Position numbers and translations under genes: made by a program | The notes under the pieces: generated by a model | Databases searched by the model: none | The model's input: the letters and a program-made list of their open reading frames with translations, nothing else | Told to the model about the DNA's origin: nothing | NCBI GenBank assembly: GCA_041694835.1 | Contig: JBGFRZ010000065.1 | Location: 1 to 17,455 of the forward strand | Direction: 5' to 3' | DNA: 17,455 nt | DNA from: Ignavibacteria bacterium | GTDB lineage: Bacteria; Elusimicrobiota; Endomicrobiia; PHAN01 | In this document: piece after piece, positions 8,949 to 16,908 of the stretch | Position numbering within the stretch: position 1 is the stretch's first letter | Layout: every line of letters starts with the position of its first letter

Positions 8949-10259
8949 ATGAAATCGAAATCCGTTTCATTAAAAAAACCTCTCCTGCAGGTCGCACTTG
9001 ATTTTGCGGATTTGAAAAGGGCATTGAAACTTGCCGTTGAAGCCGTTGACGGCGGCTGCGACTGGATTGAGGTCGGAACGCCTTTGATAAAATCCGAGGG
9101 ATTGAACGCCGTAAGGGAGATGAAGTCCAGATTTCCACAAATCCCAATCGTGGCCGACATGAAAACGATGGACGTCGGCCGCCTCGAGGTAGAACTGGCC
9201 GCCAAGGCTGGAGCGACTATTGTCGGAGTCCTCGGGGCCTCAAGCGATGAGACGATAAAAGAGGCCGTCTCTGCCGCAAGAAACTACGGCGCTAATATTA
9301 TAGTGGATATGATTGAAGTTCGCGACATAGTAAAAAGAGCCCGGGAAGCCGAAAAAATGGGGGCGGATTTCATTGGAATACACATCCCGATAGATGAGCA
9401 GATGAAGGGCAAAGTTTCTTTCGATATCGTCAGAAAAGTTGCCTCGTCCGTCGGAATTCCCGTTTCGGTCGCCGGCGGTATAAACTCCGAGAATGCCTCC
9501 GAAGTTGTCAGGAACGGGGCGGCGATCGTTGTAGCAGGTGGAGCGATTACTAAATCAAAAGATGCAAAAAAAGCCGTTGAAGACATCAAAAGGGCTATCA
9601 CTCGGAAAATAAAAGTCAAAAGCGAATTTTTCAAAAGAGTCGATGAAAACAACATAAGAGACATACTGTCAAAAGTGTCGGCGGCGAATATCTCTGATGC
9701 GATTCACAGATGCCCGCCTCTGGTCGGTTTGTCGGCGATTTGCCCCGGGGCTAAAACATTTGGTCGGGCGATAACAGTCAGGACTTATCCCGGAGACTGG
9801 GCAAAACCAGTTGAAGCGATCGATGCCGCATCGGTAGGCGACATTATAGTAATAGACGCCGGAGGCGTCGGACCGGCTGTATGGGGCGAGCTCGCCACAC
9901 GGAGCGCGATGATTAAAAAAATCTCAGGCGTTGTGATAGACGGGGCGATAAGGGACACCGCCGACATAAAAAAAATGAAATTCCCGGCTTATGCAAAAAT
10001 CATAACCCCTCAGGCCGGCGAGCCCAAAGGCTTTGGCGAAATAAACGTTCCGGTCACCGTGTCCGACGTTAGAATATCTCCCGGCGACTGGATTTTCGGA
10101 GACGAAGACGGCGTCATCGTGATACCTAAGGAAACGGCCGTGGAGCACATCAACAGGGCGATGGACGTTTTAGAGAGGGAAAACCGTCTCCGCACCGAAA
10201 TAAACTCAGGCCAGACATTGGCTGACCTTATTGAACTTCTTAAATGGGAGAAAAAGTAG
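8949..10259 (+). CDS. 3-hexulose-6-phosphate synthase-like domain fused to an RraA/HMG-aldolase-like domain
   Basis: N-terminal LQVALD, IEVGTPLIKSEG, VADMKTMDVG (HPS/KGPDC fold). C-terminal ANISDA, GDIIVID, AVWGEL, VIDGAIRD, PGDWIFGDEDGVIVIP (RraA fold). Confidence 0.9.
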   Translation: MKSKSVSLKKPLLQVALDFADLKRALKLAVEAVDGGCDWIEVGTPLIKSEGLNAVREMKSRFPQIPIVADMKTMDVGRLEVELAAKAGATIVGVLGASSDETIKEAVSAARNYGANIIVDMIEVRDIVKRAREAEKMGADFIGIHIPIDEQMKGKVSFDIVRKVASSVGIPVSVAGGINSENASEVVRNGAAIVVAGGAITKSKDAKKAVEDIKRAITRKIKVKSEFFKRVDENNIRDILSKVSAANISDAIHRCPPLVGLSAICPGAKTFGRAITVRTYPGDWAKPVEAIDAASVGDIIVIDAGGVGPAVWGELATRSAMIKKISGVVIDGAIRDTADIKKMKFPAYAKIITPQAGEPKGFGEINVPVTVSDVRISPGDWIFGDEDGVIVIPKETAVEHINRAMDVLERENRLRTEINSGQTLADLIELLKWEKK

Positions 10260-10262
10260 ACG

Positions 10263-11309
10263 ATGAAACCCACCACAACGATAGGCAGCATCCCTTATAA
10301 ATCCGCCTCTGCCGCGGTTGATATGGTTTTTAAGTACACATCCATCCCTGCATGGCCACAGCTTCCGAAAAGAAGTTTTCGCGAAAATATGGTGGTGCAG
10401 TATTCGGAGGGATTTCCGGGCGTTGTTATGGATGAAAAATTGCAGAAGATTTTAGTCAACACCGAAAACACGTTGTCAAAATTGGAAAATTTTTATGAAC
10501 GTTATCTTGCTAAAGACATTGATTATTTTGCGATTTCCGGGGAATGTGCGAAAGGATTTCTTCGATTTCTTTTGCGACTTAAGATGTGTAAAATAATACC
10601 CGCCGTCGTTAAGTGTCAGACAGTTGGAGCGATCACTTACGCTATGATGCTGAAAGACGAGAACGAACGCTCAATTTTTTTCAACGATCAGATGAGAGAC
10701 GCCGCCGTCAAAAACATCGCGATGAAATCCCTATGGCAGATAAAAGAAATATGTGCAACGGGAATTTCACCATGCGATGTTTTTCTTTTTTTGGATGAAC
10801 CGTACCTTTCCGCCTACGGAAGCGCTTTTACGGCTCTGTCGCGCGAAGAAGTGATAGTGACCATCAAAGAAACGGTGGAGGAGATAAGAGCGAATTTGGG
10901 AACGATATCTGGCAGTCAAATCAATTTGAAGATAGGGATACATTGCTGCGGAAACACCGACTGGTCTCTTCTACTTGCCTCTCCCATAGAGATACTTTCG
11001 TTCGACGCTTACGGCTATTTCGAAGGCCTTTTTCTTTACGTTGACAAACTGAGGGAGTTCATTTCAAAAAAAGGAATTTTGGCGTGGGGCATTGTTCCGA
11101 CAAACGCGGAGTCAATACAGAAAGAAACATCGGAAAGTTTGAAGAATCTTCTGGAGCATCAAATAGAAGAACTCGTAAAAAGAGGCATTGGGAAAGAGGT
11201 TTTGCTTGAACAAATGCTCATAACCCCGTCGTGTGGACTGGGCTCTCTTTCCGAAGAATCGGCCGAAAAGGCTTTGAACTATACCAAAGCCGTCTCCGAA
11301 TTTTTTTGA
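10263..11309 (+). CDS. Core (single-domain, folate-independent) methionine synthase, MesB-like
   Basis: 348 aa, catalytic barrel only. TTIGSIP, WPQLP, LDEP, and likely Zn ligands in IHCCG ... SFD ... TPSCG. No N-terminal folate-binding barrel of MetE. Confidence 0.8.
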   Translation: MKPTTTIGSIPYKSASAAVDMVFKYTSIPAWPQLPKRSFRENMVVQYSEGFPGVVMDEKLQKILVNTENTLSKLENFYERYLAKDIDYFAISGECAKGFLRFLLRLKMCKIIPAVVKCQTVGAITYAMMLKDENERSIFFNDQMRDAAVKNIAMKSLWQIKEICATGISPCDVFLFLDEPYLSAYGSAFTALSREEVIVTIKETVEEIRANLGTISGSQINLKIGIHCCGNTDWSLLLASPIEILSFDAYGYFEGLFLYVDKLREFISKKGILAWGIVPTNAESIQKETSESLKNLLEHQIEELVKRGIGKEVLLEQMLITPSCGLGSLSEESAEKALNYTKAVSEFF

Positions 11310-11329
11310 TGTTTTTGAGGGGATGAGCG

Positions 11330-11464
11330 ATGAAACAAAAAAGAATCGCAGTTATAACTCCCGGAGGCGACACCCCCGGAATGAACGCGTGCGTGCTCTG
11401 TGTCTCTGTGGTGAATTTTAGCGAAGCGTCGGTGAACCCCAATTACATCGTAATCGCTGATTGA
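11330..11464 (+). pseudogene. pfkA: 5' stub of 6-phosphofructokinase
   Basis: My translation is MKQKRIAVITPGGDTPGMNACV, matching the PfkA signature IAVLTSGGDxPGMNA. GAGGG RBS upstream. Similarity stops at about 11395; stop codon at 11462-11464 (44 aa). Confidence 0.8.
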
Positions 11465-11508
11465 ACGGCGATTTACAAAGGATATTCATAATTATCTTTG
11501 GAGGCATT

Positions 11509-12297
11509 ATGTTTATCATCGGTGAAAAAATCAACGGGATGTTTAAAAATGTCACAGAAGCAATTCAGACAAAAAATAAATCAATTGTTCAGGAACTCGC
11601 GAAAACACAGTTAGAGGCAGGGGCAGATGCTCTTGATGTAAATGTAGGCCCTGCATCCGCCGAACCTTTGAAGGATATGCAATGGCTCATAGAAGCGGTC
11701 CGTGAAGTTACGGACAAACCAATCGCCATTGACACCACAAAAATTGAAGTCATGGAAAAAGGACTTATCTTGGCAGGACGAAATTCAATAATAAACTCGA
11801 CTTCCGGAGATAGAGAAAAATTAGATATTTTACTTCCACTTGCCCAAAAATACGAGGCAAAAATCATTGCTCTAACTATGTCAAAATCAGGAATCCCCGC
11901 ATCATCCGAAGGACGTCTGGAAATTGCCGCAAATATCGTCGCTGCGGCGATAGAACACAACATTGACATAGAAAACGTTTTCATTGATGCCGTAATTCTT
12001 CCTGTTAATGTAGCGCAAGACCATGTCAAAAATGTTTTAGAAACAATTAGACAATGTAAGTTGATTTCAGAACCGGCGCCAAAAACAATTCTTGGACTTT
12101 CTAACGTCTCACAGGGATGCTTAAATAGGTCCCTTGTTGATAGTATATTTCTCTCGATGGCCACCGCCGCTGGACTTGATGCAGCGATTCTCAATCCACT
12201 TGATAAAGAACTCATGGACGCAATGATTACCTCTGAACTACTTCTGGCAAAAAACATTTATTGTGATTCTTATCTTGAAGCATACAAAAAGAAATAA
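11509..12297 (+). CDS. acsE: Methyltetrahydrofolate:corrinoid/iron-sulfur protein methyltransferase (pterin-binding)
   Basis: MFIIGEKINGMF, GADALDVNVG, AIDTT, IINS, GLSNVSQG, GLDAAI. GGAGG at 11500-11504 supports ATG 11509. Confidence 0.88.
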   Translation: MFIIGEKINGMFKNVTEAIQTKNKSIVQELAKTQLEAGADALDVNVGPASAEPLKDMQWLIEAVREVTDKPIAIDTTKIEVMEKGLILAGRNSIINSTSGDREKLDILLPLAQKYEAKIIALTMSKSGIPASSEGRLEIAANIVAAAIEHNIDIENVFIDAVILPVNVAQDHVKNVLETIRQCKLISEPAPKTILGLSNVSQGCLNRSLVDSIFLSMATAAGLDAAILNPLDKELMDAMITSELLLAKNIYCDSYLEAYKKK

Positions 12298-12340
12298 AAA
12301 ATGAGCATTGCTCTGTGACATAGACGAAGGAGCACTGATT

Positions 12341-12667
12341 AACGCGAATTTTACGAATTATTATTTTCGTATAATTTGTAGTTTTAAAAATAAACCATAA
12401 ATTGTGCTAAGACGACTACAAAGCCTAAAACAAAAAAAACATTTAACCACTGAACCGCCGAAGCACTGAAGGAAACTTTAATCGGGATATTTCTTCCCGT
12501 GTTTCCGTGTAATTCTTTTATCCGTGTCTCTCTGTGTTAATCCCGCCAAGATGGGACAAGTTCTGTGGTTCTAATCTTTTATGAAACCACAGGTGAACAC
12601 TGATGAACACAGAACAATTAAAAATGCAAATTTTAAATCAGTGTTTATCTGTGTTAATCTGTGGTTT
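12341..12667. repeat. Cluster of three periodic inverted-repeat elements
   Basis: A: 12341-12358 / 12366-12383. B: AACCACTGAA... at 12445-12470, closing with TTCTGTGGTT ending at 12570. C: 10-bp-period arms at about 12584-12613 / 12637-12667. Confidence 0.75.
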
Positions 12668-12695
12668 GAAATTTGACATACCGGAGGTAAAAGAT

Positions 12696-14456
12696 ATGTC
12701 TTACGATGCAACGAAAATGGCTGACTGGCAGATTGCAGAAGAATCCGAAAAGCAATTACCTTCGCCCGATGAGTGGCGCGAAAAATTGGGACTCCAAAAA
12801 GATGAAATCATACCTTATGGGAAAATCTGTAAACTGAATTTTCTTAAAATAATAGAGCGACTAAAAAACAAGCCGCAAGGGAAATATATCGATGTCACTG
12901 CAATTACACCCACGCCTCTTGGAGAAGGAAAAACAACGACGACGATGGGTTTAATCGAAGGGCTTGGAAAGCGAAATAAAAATGTTGGCGGCGCTATCAG
13001 ACAACCCTCAGGCGGCCCAACGATGAATATCAAAGGCACTGCCGCCGGTGGTGGCAATGCGCTTCTTATACCGATGACAGAGTTTTCGCTGGGACTGACT
13101 GGCGATATAAACGACATAATGAACGCGCACAATCTTGCAATGGTTGCTTTAACCGCCAGAATGCAGCACGAACGAAATTACGACGATGCGGAACTTTCCA
13201 AGCGAAAACTGAGACGCCTGGACATTGACCCCACTGCCGTTGAGCTCGGATGGATAATTGATTTCTGCGCCCAGAGTTTACGCAACATTATCATCGGAAT
13301 CGGCGGGAAACAGGACGGCTATATGCTCTCTTCTCGCTTTGGAATTGCGGTTAGTTCCGAACTGATGGCTACACTTTCTATCGTCCGTGATTTGAAGGAC
13401 TTAAGAGAGCGTCTGGGAAAAATTATCGTCGCTTACAACAAAAAAGGCGAGCCCGTAACCACTTCAGATTTAGAAGTGGCCGGAGCGATGTGCGCGTGGA
13501 TGAGAAACACGATTAATCCGACTTTAATGTCAACGGTTGAATATCAACCTTGCATGGTTCACGCAGGACCTTTCGCCAATATTGCCGTCGGGCAATCATC
13601 AATTATAAGCGACAGAATCGGGTTAAAAATGTTTGATTACCATGTCACTGAGAGTGGTTTTGGGGCAGACATCGGATTTGAAAAATTCTGGAACGTCAAA
13701 TGCCGTCTCTCGGGACTCGTTCCGAATGTAGTCGTTTTGGTTGCGACGAGCCGCGCATTAAAAATGCACGGCGGGGGACCAAAAGTTGCGCCCGGCAGAC
13801 CAATACCTGAAGAGTACACAAAAGAGAACTGCGAACTTTTAGAAAAAGGCATCGTCAATTTACTCCATCACATAAAAACCGTCAAAAAATCGGGGGTAAG
13901 TCCGGTTGTCTGTATAAATCCATTTTATACCGACACCAAAAATGAAATTGCTCTAATTAGAAAACATGTTGAACAAGCGGGGGTTCGATGCGCAGTTTCA
14001 GAGCACTGGCTCAAAGGCGGCGATGGGGCTTTGGAACTTGCCGATGCCGTCGTCGATGCGTGCAATGACAAAGTCGATTTCAAATTTCTCTACCCTCTGG
14101 ATATGCCTTTAAGAAAAAGGGTTGAGCTCATTGCAAAAGAGGTCTACGGTGCCGACGGAGTTTCGTGGACGCCTGAAGCGGAAGCGAAAGCAAAAAAATT
14201 GGAGGCGAATCCTGAAATGAAGGACTTTATGACGATGATGGTTAAAACCCATTTAAGTTTGTCGCATGACCCGACACTAAAAGGCGTTCCAAAGGGATGG
14301 ACTCTCCCCGTGCGAGACATACTGGTCTTTGCAGGGGCGAAATTTCTCTGTCCTATGACAGGAACAATTAGTTTGATGCCAGGCACAAGTTCCGACCCGG
14401 CGTTCAGACGAGTGGATATCGACACAAACACCGCCAAAGTAACCGGTCTTTTTTGA
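12696..14456 (+). CDS. fhs: Formate--tetrahydrofolate ligase
   Basis: [67 protein letters not shown] at 12683-12687 supports ATG 12696. Confidence 0.97.
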   Translation: MSYDATKMADWQIAEESEKQLPSPDEWREKLGLQKDEIIPYGKICKLNFLKIIERLKNKPQGKYIDVTAITPTPLGEGKTTTTMGLIEGLGKRNKNVGGAIRQPSGGPTMNIKGTAAGGGNALLIPMTEFSLGLTGDINDIMNAHNLAMVALTARMQHERNYDDAELSKRKLRRLDIDPTAVELGWIIDFCAQSLRNIIIGIGGKQDGYMLSSRFGIAVSSELMATLSIVRDLKDLRERLGKIIVAYNKKGEPVTTSDLEVAGAMCAWMRNTINPTLMSTVEYQPCMVHAGPFANIAVGQSSIISDRIGLKMFDYHVTESGFGADIGFEKFWNVKCRLSGLVPNVVVLVATSRALKMHGGGPKVAPGRPIPEEYTKENCELLEKGIVNLLHHIKTVKKSGVSPVVCINPFYTDTKNEIALIRKHVEQAGVRCAVSEHWLKGGDGALELADAVVDACNDKVDFKFLYPLDMPLRKRVELIAKEVYGADGVSWTPEAEAKAKKLEANPEMKDFMTMMVKTHLSLSHDPTLKGVPKGWTLPVRDILVFAGAKFLCPMTGTISLMPGTSSDPAFRRVDIDTNTAKVTGLF

Positions 14457-14550
14457 GTAGATAGTAGATAGGGGACAGGTGGATCGCGGCTGGTGACTGG
14501 CAATGGTAACTGGCAATCCATAACTTATGCTCTTGTGTTCTTGTGCTCTA
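14456..14550. repeat. Short-period tandem repeat arms
   Basis: AGTAGAT x2 (14456-14469); TGGT(G/A)ACTGGCAA x2 (14491-14516); 8-bp units TGCTCTTG, TGTTCTTG, TGCTCTAC from 14528. Confidence 0.7.
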
Positions 14551-14745
14551 CTGCTCTGTAATGTAAGTTCTTGGTAGTAAGTGTCATTGCCACGAGCAGG
14601 AAAATCCCCCTTAGTCCCCCTTTAATAAAGGGGGAAGAGAGGGTTTGGTGGGAAGCGAAACAGGGGGATTTACAAAAGGAAAGCAAAGTCGGCAATGGTT
14701 TAAAAAATCCACCACCCAATATAAAAAACTAACTTTACAGAGCAC
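14551..14745. mobile_element. Non-autonomous MITE-like element (195 bp) with internal REP-like hairpin
   Basis: TGCTCTGTAATGTAAGTT (14552-14569) matches the reverse complement of 14727-14744 at 16/18 positions. TA on both flanks (14549-50, 14746-47). Internal arms: CATTGCC/GGCAATG, AAATCCCCC 14602-10 / GGGGGATTT 14663-71, TCCCCCTTTA / TAAAGGGGGA at 14615-35. Confidence 0.72.
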
Positions 14746-14808
14746 TACTGCTCTGCGGTGAAAAAATCATAGATTTGCTACTTAAAACTTGATTTTGAAC
14801 ATAGGAGG

Positions 14809-15009
14809 ATGATTAAAATGTCTGCTAGACAAATAATAAATATCAAAACCGACAAAAGAAACGTTTGAAGGACTTAATGTAAAAAATTGGTCGCCGTGGA
14901 GTTGCGAAATTTCGCGGTTTGATTGGGATGCGACCTCGTCATTTTCCCGAAAGGATTAAAATGTGTCTGGAATGTAAAAAAACCAATTAGAAATGTATAT
15001 AAATTCTGA
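14809..15009 (+). pseudogene. Cupin (DUF861 / EutQ-like Cupin_3) pseudogene
   Basis: AGGAGG then ATG. Joined frames read MSARQII / SKPTKETFEGLNVKNWSPWSCEISRFDW / DLVIFPKGLKCVWNVKKPIRNVYKF*. Frameshift near 14839. The central 'ETCYxLEG' segment is missing at about 14928. Confidence 0.75.
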
Positions 15010-15067
15010 AAAAGAAATAGACGGCAATTAATTGCCGATATGACTTCCATCAACAAGAGGGTAGTTT

Positions 15068-15161
15068 AAAGATGCCGACACATCCACCATTGAACACCGG
15101 GATGGTTTACAAACTTTACGGTCTTACTGATGACGAAATAAAAATAGTAGAAAGGAGGTAA
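15068..15161 (+). pseudogene. C-terminal remnant of a Type IIG (Eco57I/TaqI-like) restriction-modification protein, copy 1
   Basis: KDADTSTIEHR, a frameshift at about 15101, then MVYKLYGLTDDEIKIVERR*. Matches the recurrent terminus ADTSxLExEIDxxVYxLYGLTxEEIxIVE. Confidence 0.7.
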
Positions 15162-15167
15162 TAAAAT

Positions 15168-15389
15168 ATGAATTGGGCAGAGAAAAGAATAGAAGAATAT
15201 AAACAAGGCAAAAAGCCTACTTGGTTTGAGCGGATATTGCTTGAGCACGCAAATCCGGTAAATTTGGTATTAACAATCATAGGAATGGGATTGTTGGCTT
15301 ATGGTCTTTGGACGCATAGTTGGGTGTGGATAATTACTGGCGTCGTTTTAAACTTCCTTGGACATTTATATTGCTGGTTAAAAAAATAG
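15168..15389 (+). CDS. Small membrane protein, weakly DUF962/Mpo1-like; probable cassette gene
   Basis: AGGAGG RBS; two hydrophobic segments; EHANPVN and NFLGH motifs; followed by an attC-like inverse core. Confidence 0.65.
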   Translation: MNWAEKRIEEYKQGKKPTWFERILLEHANPVNLVLTIIGMGLLAYGLWTHSWVWIITGVVLNFLGHLYCWLKK

Positions 15390-15411
15390 CGTCCTTTCTG
15401 TTTGCACTATC

Positions 15412-15423
15412 GCCTAACAACGG
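15412..15423 (+). other. Truncated attC site (inverse core R'' only)
   Basis: GCCTAAC (RYYYAAC) lies 22 bp after a stop codon, in a context like the full sites. No stem or GTTRRRY follows; the next ATG is at 15434. Confidence 0.5.
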
Positions 15424-15433
15424 AAGAAAAATT

Positions 15434-15739
15434 ATGATAAAAAACAAAAAGGTATTTTATGGAATTTTAGTAGTAAGTATATTAGGTATTATGGGAATTG
15501 GCTTATTGATGTATACGCCCAAGCCTAACGTTGAAGATGTAAAGGCACGATATGAATTCTCGCTAATGGATATACCTGGCGTTGTAGGAGTTGGTATTGG
15601 GGAATATGATAAAAAACCATGCATAAAAGTATATTTAGAAAAAGATTCTCTGGAATTAAGAAACAGGATACCTAAAGAGATTGAAGGATTCAGGGTTGAT
15701 ATAGAGGTAACCGGACCAATTGAAGCATTACCAAGGTAG
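15434..15739 (+). CDS. Hypothetical membrane-anchored or secreted protein; cassette gene
   Basis: Basic N-terminus, then a hydrophobic helix, then LMDIPGVVGVGIG..PCIKVYLEK..IPKEIEGFRVDIEVTG. Stops 21 bp before the attC at 15761. Confidence 0.75.
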   Translation: MIKNKKVFYGILVVSILGIMGIGLLMYTPKPNVEDVKARYEFSLMDIPGVVGVGIGEYDKKPCIKVYLEKDSLELRNRIPKEIEGFRVDIEVTGPIEALPR

Positions 15740-15760
15740 CAATGACTTTTTGTCGACTTC

Positions 15761-15892
15761 ATATAACAGCGGATAAAGGGCTACAGTGCTACGCACCTTC
15801 GCCAAAACCCAGCCCTCTAAGCATGTTGTTAGGGAGCGAGAAATGTCGCAGATAGGGTTGGCAATACCTTTTTTATCCGCCAACCGTTAGGC
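15761..15892 (+). mobile_element. Integron cassette attC recombination site (132 bp)
   Basis: ATATAAC 15761-67; stem GCGGATAAA 15769-77 / TTTATCCGC 15872-80; 5-nt spacer; GTTAGGC 15886-92; internal sub-hairpins. Confidence 0.8.
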
Positions 15893-15936
15893 GAAATTTG
15901 CGCACATAAATATAAAAAACTAATTGGAGGTATAAG

Positions 15937-16084
15937 ATGAATCAAAAATTTGTGTCCCTGCTGTCTATTATGGTATAAAAAGCCGGCGAAAGTTTGGAAT
16001 ATACTTTCTATTTTATTTGTAGTTTTGATAGTCATAATGAGTATATTAGGATATTTAGCAGCCATTGGCCTGCTAAAAAGTTAA
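15937..16084 (+). pseudogene. Frameshifted small single-TM cassette gene
   Basis: GGAGG plus ATG 15937 opens a frame that stops at 15976-78. The +1 frame encodes YKKPAKVWNILSILFVVLIVIMSILGYLAAIGLLKS*, ending 15 bp before the next attC. Confidence 0.45.
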
Positions 16085-16099
16085 AAATGGGCAAACTGC

Positions 16100-16209
16100 A
16101 CCTAACAGCGCATATATGCTCCGCTCCCGTTGGTTGCTACGGGCTTCGCCACATTTTCACTTCAGCTGGCGCTACGGTGGAAACGTCATATATGCGCAAC
16201 ATGTTATAT
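16100..16209 (+). mobile_element. Integron cassette attC recombination site (110 bp)
   Basis: ACCTAAC 16100-06; perfect stem GCGCATATATG 16108-18 / CATATATGCGC 16187-97; 5-nt spacer; GTTATAT 16203-09. Same geometry as the site at 15761. Confidence 0.82.
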
Positions 16210-16245
16210 GAAATTCCACCCTTTCGCTATTAGGGGAAGAAAACT

Positions 16246-16908
16246 ATGAAAATATTAGGCATTAATGGTTCACAAAGAAAAGATGGCAATTCTTATCTTC
16301 TCCTTAAATCTGCTCTTGAAGGAGCAAAGAAAGAGAATGAGAGATTGATAGATACCGAGCTATTACAGCTAAGAGATTTTGAGATAAATCCCTGTGAAGC
16401 TCATTATTCTGGTCTGCATAAATTCAAGAATTGGGGTTGTGGCAAGAAGCCTTATAAATGTATACTTAAAGATGACTTCGAAAAAGTTTTTCAAAGGATG
16501 ATCGATGCAGATGGCATAATATTAGCCTCTCCTCTTTATTATCCTGCACCAGCAAAATTAGTAGCTTTAATGGAAAGGTTGATGGCAATAGTTTATTTTG
16601 CAAAGAAGGCAGACAAAAATTATGTTTGGCCTCTCACAGGTAAGCCATTTGGGGCAGTTGCAACATCCTATGAGGACAGTACAGTGTTGGTTCTGAAAAT
16701 ATTAAGAAAATTTGGGTTCATTGCAAGAATGTATTTAGTAAGAGAAGCAAAAAATAAAGTCTTTAGTGTTGATGCCAAGGGAGGGGTTGAAAAGAATCCG
16801 AAAAGTCTTGAAGAAGTCAAAAAACTTGGTTCATTAGTTGCCAGAACCTTGATAAAAAGGGTGGAACGAGCCAAAAAGAGGAGAGAAAAGAACTCGAGAC
16901 ATACATAG
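16246..16908 (+). CDS. Flavodoxin-fold NAD(P)H-dependent FMN reductase / iron-sulfur flavoprotein family protein
   Basis: MKILGINGSQRKDGNS, C..KDD, ADGIILASPLY, LMER, LTGK. AGGGG RBS; starts 36 bp after an attC core. Confidence 0.85.
   Translation: MKILGINGSQRKDGNSYLLLKSALEGAKKENERLIDTELLQLRDFEINPCEAHYSGLHKFKNWGCGKKPYKCILKDDFEKVFQRMIDADGIILASPLYYPAPAKLVALMERLMAIVYFAKKADKNYVWPLTGKPFGAVATSYEDSTVLVLKILRKFGFIARMYLVREAKNKVFSVDAKGGVEKNPKSLEEVKKLGSLVARTLIKRVERAKKRREKNSRHT

Noticed and set aside
11589-12257. 222-aa minus-strand ORF and the other antisense ORFs over 280-14521
   Set aside because: They shadow well-supported plus-strand genes and show no recognisable motifs.
12603-12695. N-terminal extension of Fhs in the ORF track
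   Set aside because: It is translated repeat element C. The strong RBS supports ATG 12696.
14472-14520. Possible ZTP/pfl riboswitch (CAGGTGG and TGACTGGC words near fhs)
   Set aside because: The motifs are in the wrong order, GGGGAG and CGCCTGGGC are absent, and the site lies downstream of fhs. A 13-bp tandem repeat explains it.
14525-14719. 64-aa minus-strand ORF
   Set aside because: It is a translation of MITE/REP sequence (SPFIKGGLRGI is the hairpin).
14809-14868. Possible folD start (MSARQII) after fhs
   Set aside because: The downstream frames match a cupin, not FolD.
15022-15037. Perfect palindrome CGGCAATTAATTGCCG as a terminator or operator
   Set aside because: The palindrome is real, but it has no U-tract or supporting context, so no function can be assigned.
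14760-15167. intI or attI upstream of the cassette array
   Set aside because: I found no tyrosine-recombinase motifs in the frames I read. The region is explained by cupin and RM remnants.
15320-15433. Extended start of the 139-aa ORF
   Set aside because: It overlaps the upstream gene and the half attC. ATG 15434 gives a clean signal-anchor N-terminus.
15994-16233. 79-aa ORF
   Set aside because: TTG start without an RBS, and it reads straight through the attC hairpin.
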